This document shows, piece by piece, positions 56,398-64,000 of a DNA stretch of 64,000 nucleotides. The position numbers and the translations under genes are program-made. Under the pieces are notes generated by a model. That model ran no database searches and was not told where the DNA came from. It saw only the letters and a program-made list of their open reading frames with translations. The stretch's first letter is position 1; each line of letters starts with the position of its first letter. This DNA is from an uncultured Bacillaceae bacterium (GTDB lineage Bacteria > Bacillota > Bacilli > Bacillales > Bacillaceae_C): the NCBI GenBank assembly GCA_963748745.1, contig CAVVKR010000016.1:49829-113828 (forward strand), in the 5' to 3' direction.

Positions 56398-57768
56398 TTA
56401 TAGTTCGCTCCCGGCTTCCGGATAGTCGACTTTTATCGGAGCTACGTTTGATCGTTGTAAAGCAGGTGTTTCAGGACGAGCAACTTGATAGACTGACGAT
56501 CCGACAATTTGCGCTACTTCCTGTAACTTTTCTTTACTAATTTTATCAATGGTATCTTCCGGTGTATGGTACCATGGTTCAACAGGAGAATGGATAAATA
56601 AGGCTGCTGGTATACCAAGTTCAGCAAATGGGACGTGGTCACTTCTCCCCCCATGGGCATAAGGGATCACATCGGATAATCTTGAACCAGCTGCTGCTCC
56701 GAGATCTGTTACAATATTCTTCTTGCCATCTGCAGTAAACATAACTAAATCCCCTGCATCTCGGCTACCAACCATATCTAATTGGAACATTCCGACTGTT
56801 CGATTGATTTCATCTTTAGTAAGAGAATTTGCGTATGCATATGAGCCTAATAAACCGTATTCTTCCGCTCCAAATGTTATAAAGCGAAGTTCTGTATCCG
56901 TTGGCATATTTGCCATAACCCGAGCTAACTCTAATACTGTTGCAGTGCCAGAAGCATCATCATTTGCTCCAGGTGCACCGAGAACGGAATCATGATGAGC
57001 ACCTATAATGACGATTTGATTTGTATCCTTTTGCTTATGAGTTGCTTTTTTTATAGCAATCACATTATGTGATGTTGACTGTTTCGTTTCTGCTCCTTCT
57101 ATTTTTACCGTCGCAGTTAATGTTTCACCTGTGTGCAATTTTTGTACAATTGCTTCCCCTTCTTCTTTAGAAAGTGACATAACAGGTATGACCCCATGTT
57201 CCTCTGAACCAAGTGTACCATTTATGGTTCCATCTTCATTATTAAAAATAACGACGGCTTTTGCCCCTTTTTCAGCAGCATTGCTTACCTTTTCACCAAA
57301 TGAGATATTACCACGTTGGATAACAGCAATTTTTCCATCGATATCTATGTTTGCTAACTCTTCTTTCGTTCCTAAACCGGCAAAAACTAGATGACTAGTC
57401 ACCTCGCCGCTTGGCGAATATGTAAAATGTCTAGGAGACCATTCCTGATCCATTGACTCGATCGAAAAGGTGATACTTGTCGGTTCTATGTATTGGAGAA
57501 ATTCAAACGGTTGAACGTCTGTTTCATATCCGTAAGATTGAAATTCACTATTAATATATTGAACAGCAGCATCTTCTTCTTTCGTTCCTGCCACGCGAGG
57601 ATTTTCTGATAGAAATGCAATATCATTATAAATGCGATCTACATTGATCCTTTTAACGATCTTATTATCAAAAGCTTTGTCACTTTCATGTGGTTCCGCA
57701 TAAGCAGTGATGCTAAATAATAGAGTAAGTATAAGCATCATCAACAGTGTTTGCTTTCGTTTATTCAC
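56398..57768 (-). CDS. Secreted M28-family aminopeptidase with PA domain (YwaD-like)
   Basis: Signal peptide, a PA-domain insert, and Zn-ligand regions GAHHDSV, NDDASGTA and FGAEEYGLLGS. Confidence 0.88.
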   Translation of the reverse strand: MNKRKQTLLMMLILTLLFSITAYAEPHESDKAFDNKIVKRINVDRIYNDIAFLSENPRVAGTKEEDAAVQYINSEFQSYGYETDVQPFEFLQYIEPTSITFSIESMDQEWSPRHFTYSPSGEVTSHLVFAGLGTKEELANIDIDGKIAVIQRGNISFGEKVSNAAEKGAKAVVIFNNEDGTINGTLGSEEHGVIPVMSLSKEEGEAIVQKLHTGETLTATVKIEGAETKQSTSHNVIAIKKATHKQKDTNQIVIIGAHHDSVLGAPGANDDASGTATVLELARVMANMPTDTELRFITFGAEEYGLLGSYAYANSLTKDEINRTVGMFQLDMVGSRDAGDLVMFTADGKKNIVTDLGAAAGSRLSDVIPYAHGGRSDHVPFAELGIPAALFIHSPVEPWYHTPEDTIDKISKEKLQEVAQIVGSSVYQVARPETPALQRSNVAPIKVDYPEAGSEL

Positions 57769-58045
57769 ATAACTCCCCCCCTAAAATATTAGTTATTTAA
57801 AATATTATATAATGATATTTTGAAAAATGTCAATAGTAGGAATAGTTTATCGTTATATTGATCTGGTCATTTTTCGGTTCAACGATCAAAGTATAGTAGA
57901 TTGCTGTGCATTCTTTTCTTCCAATTATGCTAATATTAATCAAAAATTAACAATATGAATATACAACCTTAAAATTACTCATCTATCATCAATTTTGTAC
58001 ATGTACTTGTAAATAAGCAATATTTAGGAAGTGGGAGGTGAAAAC

Positions 58046-58249
58046 ATGAATGCGGTGTTGGATCAAACTAGTAGTTTTTTGATGAAAAAAGTTTTTGATT
58101 TACAAGAAAATAAAGCGTGGGTTTGGGTGTTAGTTTTTATTGCAGTGTTATTTTTTGCTTATGCTTGGTATTGTACTTCGAAAGGCTATGATTTTAGCGG
58201 TTATGTAAAGAAGGGAAGCAACTGGGTAAAAATCGGTTGTGTAAAATAA
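58046..58249 (+). CDS. Small single-TM protein (67 aa), first gene of the AT-rich module
   Basis: ATG at 58046 after GGGAGGTG. MNAVLDQTSSFLMKKVFDLQENKAWVWVLVFIAVLFFAYAWYCTSKGYDFSGYVKKGSNWVKIGCVK has one aromatic-rich TM helix, a basic C-terminal tail and two Cys. I recognise no family. Confidence 0.6.
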   Translation: MNAVLDQTSSFLMKKVFDLQENKAWVWVLVFIAVLFFAYAWYCTSKGYDFSGYVKKGSNWVKIGCVK

Positions 58250-58261
58250 GTAATATCAACA

Positions 58262-58289
58262 TGCACAGGGTATTTCTATACCTTGTGCA
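58262..58289 (+). promoter_or_regulatory. Intercistronic stem-loop between the small-protein gene and the ABC genes
   Basis: tgcacagggtat-ttct-ataccttgtgca forms a 12-bp stem (one G-U pair) with a 4-nt loop. No T-run follows. Confidence 0.6.
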
Positions 58290-58311
58290 GCATATTAATA
58301 GAGAGGGTTCT

Positions 58312-59085
58312 ATGATGTCTTCTACAAAGTTGCAAGTGAAAAAGATAAATAAATACTATGGTAATAAACATATTTTAAAAGACTTTTCCATTACATTAAA
58401 TCAAGGGAAAATTTCAACATTATTAGGTCATAATGGTGCTGGGAAAACGACTGCTATAAAAGTAATTTTAGGATTGGAAGAAAGAGAGAGTGGTGAAATA
58501 TTATTTGAAGGGAACAACATAGAAGATCAATATCAATACTATAAAAGTCAAATAGGATTCATTCCAGATGACGATGAGTTATTCGATGATTTAACTGCAA
58601 AGGAATATTTGCAATTTTTAGGGAAGGCTCGAAAGATTCCTCCAAATGATTTTGTAAAAGTAACCAATCATTTATTAGATATATTTGATCTAACATCATT
58701 TAGTGACAATTTATTAAAAACATTTTCCCATGGGATGAGAAGGAAAATACAAATTATATCAGGTATTATTCATCAACCATCTGTTTTAATAGTTGATGAG
58801 CCGACCAATGGACTTGACCCTGATATGATGATTACTTTTAAAGAGTTATTAAGCACTGTCCGCCAGTTAGGTATGGCAATCTTATTAAGTACCCATAACT
58901 TAGAATTTGCGGAAAGTATTAGTGATTACATAACAATTATTAAAAATGGGCAGATAAAGAAAGCTGGAAAAAAACAAGAATTATTAGATGAGCTTCGTGT
59001 TCATAACTTGGAAGAAGCATATATTAAAGTTAATGTCGATACAAAGAAATTAAAGAGTTTAAGGAATGTATATCAATATGATTAG
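58312..59085 (+). CDS. ABC transporter ATP-binding protein
   Basis: Start at the ATG at 58312 after AGAGAGGG. Walker A GHNGAGKTT, an atypical signature FSHGMRRKIQI, Walker B VLIVDEPTNGLD, and H-loop STHNL. Confidence 0.9.
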   Translation: MMSSTKLQVKKINKYYGNKHILKDFSITLNQGKISTLLGHNGAGKTTAIKVILGLEERESGEILFEGNNIEDQYQYYKSQIGFIPDDDELFDDLTAKEYLQFLGKARKIPPNDFVKVTNHLLDIFDLTSFSDNLLKTFSHGMRRKIQIISGIIHQPSVLIVDEPTNGLDPDMMITFKELLSTVRQLGMAILLSTHNLEFAESISDYITIIKNGQIKKAGKKQELLDELRVHNLEEAYIKVNVDTKKLKSLRNVYQYD

Positions 59086-60523
59086 TACACTATATTTGAA
59101 AATATGGAAAAACAGGATTTTTTATCAGATAAAGAAAAATCCAATATTTAGCTTATTCCCAATTATTTTGATAGCCATTATTGTCTTCGTATCAATCAAA
59201 TTAACAAAAGACAATATAGCACTCATCCAACAAAATGAGTCCTTTCTTATCAAGCACATGATTGATCAAAGCATTCTCTCATCTAGTTTAATTAGTTTAA
59301 CCATTTCTATTCTTCTATTTTTATTATTTAAAAATAGTTTTTTTCGATCAAATATATTAAAAATATTACCAATTAGTAATGCGAAAGTGTTAATGATTGA
59401 ATTACTTCCTTTTATTTTATTAACACTCCTTTTTATATGTATCCTCTATCTCCCAACCTATCTTTATTTGTTTTTTCAAGGGATGGAGGACAATATTTTC
59501 GTAAAGTTATTATTTTTGGTTCTTTTTATGATAATGAATATATCAATTATTCTTTTTTCATTTGTAAATGTTTACTTTTTAAATGTTGTAGCAAGTGTCA
59601 TTGTCGATAAGATCAAGCGAAATTATTTGCATGAAATCGTCTTTTTTTTCATGGCTGGAATAGCAGGGTTTATTTATTTCCTATTGTTAAGCAATACAAA
59701 TGTCCTTCGTTTTATTTCCCCCAATATCTTTAGTGGGTCCATGACAACGAAGTTGACACAATCTCTTTTAGTCATATTATGTTTTATCTTGTTGTCGATG
59801 TTATTCTATATTGTTAGTTTGTTAAAAAAGAAACCGGTTGATGCTTCGTCCACTATACTAGCTAAATATTCATTTACTGATCGTATCTTTGTAAATATTT
59901 TTTTATTTGAACTGAAAAGAGTAGTACGGGATTATCATCGTATATTCACGATTTGTTTGTTTTTTATTCTTTTGCTCCTATTAAATATGTTCGTTACAAA
60001 GTATCCAGAAAATAATGTGTTGATGATTTTATCACAATTTAGTCCGTTGATGGCGATAGAGCTCATCGTTATCTTTCCTTTACTAGCAGCGGCTAGAGAT
60101 CATAAAAAAGTATATTTGCTCTATTTATTGCCTTTTCGATTTCAATTTTATATGAGAACAAAATTAACATTCTATCTATTGCTTGCTTTGTTTATAGGAG
60201 CAATTTACTTTATATCTAGTCACTTGCTAACTGCTTCGCTGCTATCAACTGCAGAATTAGCCCTCTTTTTTAGTGAATTAGTTTTATTTAGTATTATTGC
60301 TTTTGTCGTAGGTATTCTTTTGCCATTCAATACACTTTCAGGCTTACAAGAAGGTGTAGGTTTTTTTGTCATGTTCATCATTTATTTTTCTATTATATAT
60401 ATAATGAATTATTTAGGCGTGTATCAATTTAGTTATATGCTCATTTTAAGTACAATATTTTTTATTATAACTCCATTTTTATCGAAAAGAGTGTTAATAG
60501 GGAGTTTAAATGATGATCACTAA
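59078..60523 (+). CDS. Polytopic membrane protein (about 12-13 TM), putative permease partner
   Basis: About 481 aa, extremely F/L/I-rich, with short Lys-rich loops. Its start overlaps the ATPase stop (alternative start at 59066). No family recognised. Confidence 0.75.
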   Translation: MISTLYLKIWKNRIFYQIKKNPIFSLFPIILIAIIVFVSIKLTKDNIALIQQNESFLIKHMIDQSILSSSLISLTISILLFLLFKNSFFRSNILKILPISNAKVLMIELLPFILLTLLFICILYLPTYLYLFFQGMEDNIFVKLLFLVLFMIMNISIILFSFVNVYFLNVVASVIVDKIKRNYLHEIVFFFMAGIAGFIYFLLLSNTNVLRFISPNIFSGSMTTKLTQSLLVILCFILLSMLFYIVSLLKKKPVDASSTILAKYSFTDRIFVNIFLFELKRVVRDYHRIFTICLFFILLLLLNMFVTKYPENNVLMILSQFSPLMAIELIVIFPLLAAARDHKKVYLLYLLPFRFQFYMRTKLTFYLLLALFIGAIYFISSHLLTASLLSTAELALFFSELVLFSIIAFVVGILLPFNTLSGLQEGVGFFVMFIIYFSIIYIMNYLGVYQFSYMLILSTIFFIITPFLSKRVLIGSLNDDH

Positions 60524-60992
60524 AATTGAGCCTAATGGAATGAACGGTACATTATTCATGCTAGTAATAAAAAGTATGCGTACATTCATTTGTTTCCATT
60601 TAAGCTTATGTATCCTTTTATTTATTTTATTGAGGTTGTATTGGGATGTTGAGCTTGCGAATATACTATTCGTTTTGTATAGTCAAATTATTTTAAGTAC
60701 TGTTATACATGAATTTGGGCATCTTGTTCCATATTTATTATTTACACGGGGAAAAAAGATTTTCTTTATGAAAAGTCATTTACTTGGGTTATCAGTTCTG
60801 ACGTTAAAAACAACAAGGCTTCAAAATCTTATGATAGCTGTAAGTGGACCCGGAATTTGTGTCGTTATCGGAATGTTTGTTATCCAATATCATTTTCTAG
60901 CAGGGATCATATATATGTCCCATGTTATTTTTTTCTTCCCTTCTTTTTCTGATGGTGAAAACATCTTGTTACAAATCATGAGGAGTGAGTAG
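60510..60992 (+). CDS. Small membrane HExxH metalloprotease-like protein (minimal site-2-protease-like)
   Basis: 160 aa with about four or five TM helices. HEFGH lies inside a TM helix (STVIHEFGHLVPYLLF), and a downstream FPSFSDGENI resembles the S2P xxPxxxxDG motif. Its start overlaps the upstream gene end. Confidence 0.7.
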   Translation: MMITKIEPNGMNGTLFMLVIKSMRTFICFHLSLCILLFILLRLYWDVELANILFVLYSQIILSTVIHEFGHLVPYLLFTRGKKIFFMKSHLLGLSVLTLKTTRLQNLMIAVSGPGICVVIGMFVIQYHFLAGIIYMSHVIFFFPSFSDGENILLQIMRSE

Positions 60993-60995
60993 TGA

Positions 60996-61283
60996 ATGAT
61001 TTTATTTAAAAAATTATCTACAGGATTCTTAAGTTTTGCGTTGCTTTATTTTATCACGATGATGATGGGGCCACTTCTACTAGATTTCCTAGAAATGAAG
61101 GCAAATGTAAATATGAACTTATTTGATTTACGGTTAGGAAAGATTGTTAATAATGAAGCAGAAATGTACGGACAAATGACAGTCATTGGTTTTATTATTT
61201 TTGGGTTGATTGGTGGAATCATAAACAGTTTATTTTATTTTGTATGGAAAAAAAGAAAAAAAAATGTGGATGTCCGTAGTTAA
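60996..61283 (+). CDS. Small 2-TM membrane protein
   Basis: 95 aa with two hydrophobic helices and a KKRKKN tail. It starts 4 nt after the preceding stop. Confidence 0.6.
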   Translation: MILFKKLSTGFLSFALLYFITMMMGPLLLDFLEMKANVNMNLFDLRLGKIVNNEAEMYGQMTVIGFIIFGLIGGIINSLFYFVWKKRKKNVDVRS

Positions 61284-61500
61284 AAATAAGACGGAACTTC
61301 TTTCGCTACGAACAGACGATACAATAGTTTGTTGTCATTACATTTTCAAGCCGTTGCGATTCATTCGTAATGGCTTCCACATGATGTAATCTTTTTTGAC
61401 TCACGCTAAAGAATGCCATCTGAAATGCTTAATATGCGAATTGTAAATTCAGAATATTCATGCTAAAATGACGGTTATATTCAACTGAGGAAGTGAGCAT

Positions 61501-62466
61501 ATGGATTTTTTAATTAAAATAAGTCATTTTGTTGGTAAAACATTCGCTATTTGGGTTCTTATCTTTGCTGGCCTCGCTTTTTACAAGCCGTCGCAATTTA
61601 TTTGGATCAGTCCTTATATTTCCATTTTACTTGGTATCATTATGTTTGGGATGGGGATGACTTTATCTGTCACTGATTTTAAAGCAATAGGCAAGCAGCC
61701 AAAAAGCGTTCTCATTGGGGTTGCCTTACAGTTCACTGTCATGCCACTATTAGCATATGGTCTTGCTAAGGGCATGCGTTTATCGCCTGAAATTGCAATC
61801 GGGGTCATTTTAGTTGGCGCCTGCCCAGGTGGGACTGCTTCTAATGTGATGACTTATTTAGCGAAAGGAAATACGGCATTGTCCGTCGCAATTACCTCTG
61901 TATCTACTTTGTTAGCTCCAATATTAACGCCGTTGATCGTCTATTTCTTAGCGAGCGAATGGCTGTCTGTTTCTGTATCTGCAATGTTTATGTCGGTTGT
62001 TAAAATGATTGTTGTGCCGATCGTACTAGGACTAATAGTGAAATTATTACTAAAAAAACAAGTGGAAAAAAGTGTGCAGATAATGCCGCTTATTTCCGTC
62101 ATAGCGATCGTTGCAATTGTTGCAGCAGTTGTGGCAGGAAGTAAAGACAAAATACTGGAATCTGCCCTAACTATTTTCGCGGTTGTCATTTTACATAATG
62201 TGCTCGGTTACATATTCGGTTATTTGTTTGCGAAAATATTTAGACTCCCTTATGTGGATCGAAAAGCAATATCTATTGAAGTCGGCATGCAAAATTCAGG
62301 TTTAGGTGCTGCCTTAGCAGCTGCTCATTTTCATCCAATTGCTGCTGTACCGAGTGCTATTTTTAGCTTTTGGCATAATATATCGGGTCCGTTGTTAGCT
62401 ACCTTTTGGGCGGGAAGAGCAGATCGACAGAAGATATTTGTTACGAATACAAGATCGGTCAAATAG
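61501..62466 (+). CDS. Bile acid:sodium symporter (BASS) family transporter
   Basis: 321 aa with the [19 protein letters not shown] and [14 protein letters not shown] motifs. Confidence 0.9.
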   Translation: MDFLIKISHFVGKTFAIWVLIFAGLAFYKPSQFIWISPYISILLGIIMFGMGMTLSVTDFKAIGKQPKSVLIGVALQFTVMPLLAYGLAKGMRLSPEIAIGVILVGACPGGTASNVMTYLAKGNTALSVAITSVSTLLAPILTPLIVYFLASEWLSVSVSAMFMSVVKMIVVPIVLGLIVKLLLKKQVEKSVQIMPLISVIAIVAIVAAVVAGSKDKILESALTIFAVVILHNVLGYIFGYLFAKIFRLPYVDRKAISIEVGMQNSGLGAALAAAHFHPIAAVPSAIFSFWHNISGPLLATFWAGRADRQKIFVTNTRSVK

Positions 62467-62962
62467 CGGGTTTAGTCATGGCCTTATCACTAAACCTCAT
62501 GATAATGACCCATTCATTTTGTTGGAGTGAAGCTTCAAACAAATGAATGATATGTTTCTCAGCCATTGTTATGTATATAGCAATGGCTTCATTAAGTTTG
62601 AGCACCATTAGCGGTTTACTATGTATAACTCTCTAATGGTCATATCGTGTCGCTCTCGCGGATGTTTATTTGGGATTTTGGCTCTGGGGTCATTTATTGA
62701 ATAGGAACGAATATCTCAGGTTTTTCACCTCGTGTATTTAACAGTTGTTTTTTTATCTTTTAAGCATGAAGCATTGCTTTAGTAAAAAAATACTTAAACG
62801 TTACTATCATCGGAAAGACAAGTGATGTTTTCTCTTTGTATTTTCACTTTTGGGATGGACATATTATTAGCTTGTGTTTATCGTTAAATCTAGATTTACC
62901 ATATAGCCAAAAAATGAAACGATTGTTTTCTGTTTTAAAAAATATATTTTCCATGATAGAAG

Positions 62963-63694
62963 GTGAGAATGGTTACTACCATTATCTTTGTTATCGTTAT
63001 TTTAATAGCTTCCATACTACAAACAAGCACAGGTTTTGGTTTTTCTATTATGGCTACTCCCTTTCTACTCCTAATATTTGAACCGAAGGAAGCGATTCAA
63101 ATAAATTTAATCTTGTCGCTCGCTATTTCATCCTCATTAATCAGGCATATAAAAAAGGATATAGATGTTGGCGTGTTAAAAAGGTTTATTGTAGGTAGTA
63201 TGATCGGGTTACCAGCAGGGATTACTATTTTTCTATTTATCAACATATAAAACGATTAAAAATACGAAAATAAGTATCGTTATTTTACTTTTAACCTTGT
63301 TGCTTATGTTCCATTTTCGGATGAGACAGACCAATCAAGAGATGTAGTTGTAGGTGGTCTTTCGGGTTCATTAACAACAAGCATTGGAATGCCCGGCCCA
63401 CCTCTTTTACTTTACCTTTCAGGAACAAAGACAGATAAGGAAAAATTGAGAGGTACTACTTTAGCTTTTTATCTATTTATCTATTTTATGAGTCTTTCTA
63501 TTCAAATGATTTTTGCAGGTTCAAATAAAACAATTTGGATGTCAAGTGCGTTCGCACTACCATTCGTTTTCATCGGTTTGTATTTCGGTCAACTTTTATT
63601 TAAAAAGTTAAATCAACGTCATTTTCGTCTATTTACATATCTTCTTTTGCTATTCACTGGGTGCTATTTATTGATTGATAGCTGGAATTGGTAA
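62963..63694 (+). pseudogene. TauE/SafE (DUF81) family anion exporter, with two compensating frameshifts
   Basis: ORFs at 62963-63250 and 63389-63694 share one frame. The connecting TM segment (KTIKNTKISIVILLLTLLLMFHFRMRQTNQ) is read in another frame between about 63245 and 63340. Confidence 0.8.
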
Positions 63695-63793
63695 GTAAAA
63701 AAAGATTTGTAATGATAAGGTTCCATAATAGTGTAAAATAAACAATAAATAGCTACTGGAATAAATTTGTGCATGAAGGGAGGTTTTAAAAGA

Positions 63794-64000
63794 ATGAATG
63801 GAGATCATATTTTATTAGTTGATGATGAAAGAGGATTATTGAAAATGGTGAATTCTTTACTGCAAAAAGAAGGGTTTACAAATGTATATACTGCAACGAC
63901 AGGTACTGAAGCACTTCGATGGGTAAAAACCGAAAGAATAGATTTGATTGTACTAGATATTATGTTACCCGATATGAATGGTTTTGATTTATGTAGGCAA
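63794..64000 (+). CDS. Response regulator receiver domain (5' partial, runs off the window)
   Basis: ATG at 63794 after GGGAGG. MNGDHILLVDDERGLLKMV...IDLIVLDIMLPDMNGFDLC is a typical CheY-like receiver. Confidence 0.85.
   Translation, partial: MNGDHILLVDDERGLLKMVNSLLQKEGFTNVYTATTGTEALRWVKTERIDLIVLDIMLPDMNGFDLCRQ

Noticed and set aside
57770-61500. Whether the AT-rich five-gene module is a mobile element or prophage remnant.
   Set aside because: There is no integrase, transposase or recombinase gene. I found no flanking direct or inverted repeats by eye, and it is not adjacent to the tRNA cluster. Horizontal origin remains possible, but no mobile element can be supported.

Overview
This window is the chromosomal replication-origin region of a low-GC, spore-forming Bacillaceae-type Firmicute. 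Gene order matches the Bacillus subtilis 0/360-degree region. On the minus strand: gyrA, gyrB, remB, recF, yaaA, dnaN, dnaA. A bipartite oriC flanks dnaA. On the plus strand: rpmH, rnpA, yidC, jag, mnmE, mnmG, rsmG, noc, soj, spo0J, then ychF, rpsF, ssb, rpsR, yybS, gdpP, rplI, dnaC, purA, a 4-tRNA cluster, an M23 peptidase, walR, walK, yycH, yycI, walJ, an htrA-like gene and rlmH. From about 41.7 kb the content becomes accessory: an oxidoreductase, a CtaG-like/DUF2243 pair, a PadR/DUF1129 pair, an isolated HprK-like kinase, a POT peptide permease, a Fur-box-controlled siderophore ABC importer, an M28 aminopeptidase, a BASS transporter and a TauE-family gene. I saw no CRISPR array, transposase, integrase or prophage genes.

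Two things stand out.

1. Three blocks (about 24.64-28.63, 33.85-36.29 and 38.49-40.90 kb) are saturated with single-base indels. They shred yybS, gdpP, rplI, dnaC, walR, walK, walJ, the htrA-like gene and a small CxxH/CxxC gene, while the fragments still translate to well-conserved peptides. Isolated frameshifts also hit dnaA, ssb, yycH, one siderophore permease and the TauE gene. The pattern fits assembly or consensus error better than biology.

2. A visibly AT-rich five-gene module lies at 58.0-61.3 kb: a small single-TM peptide, a hairpin, an ABC ATPase, an approximately 13-TM orphan membrane protein, a minimal HExxH site-2-protease-like protein and a 2-TM protein. It is the best candidate for an uncharacterised peptide processing, export or immunity system.

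All family assignments come from motif and sequence recognition by eye. No database searches or computations were run.
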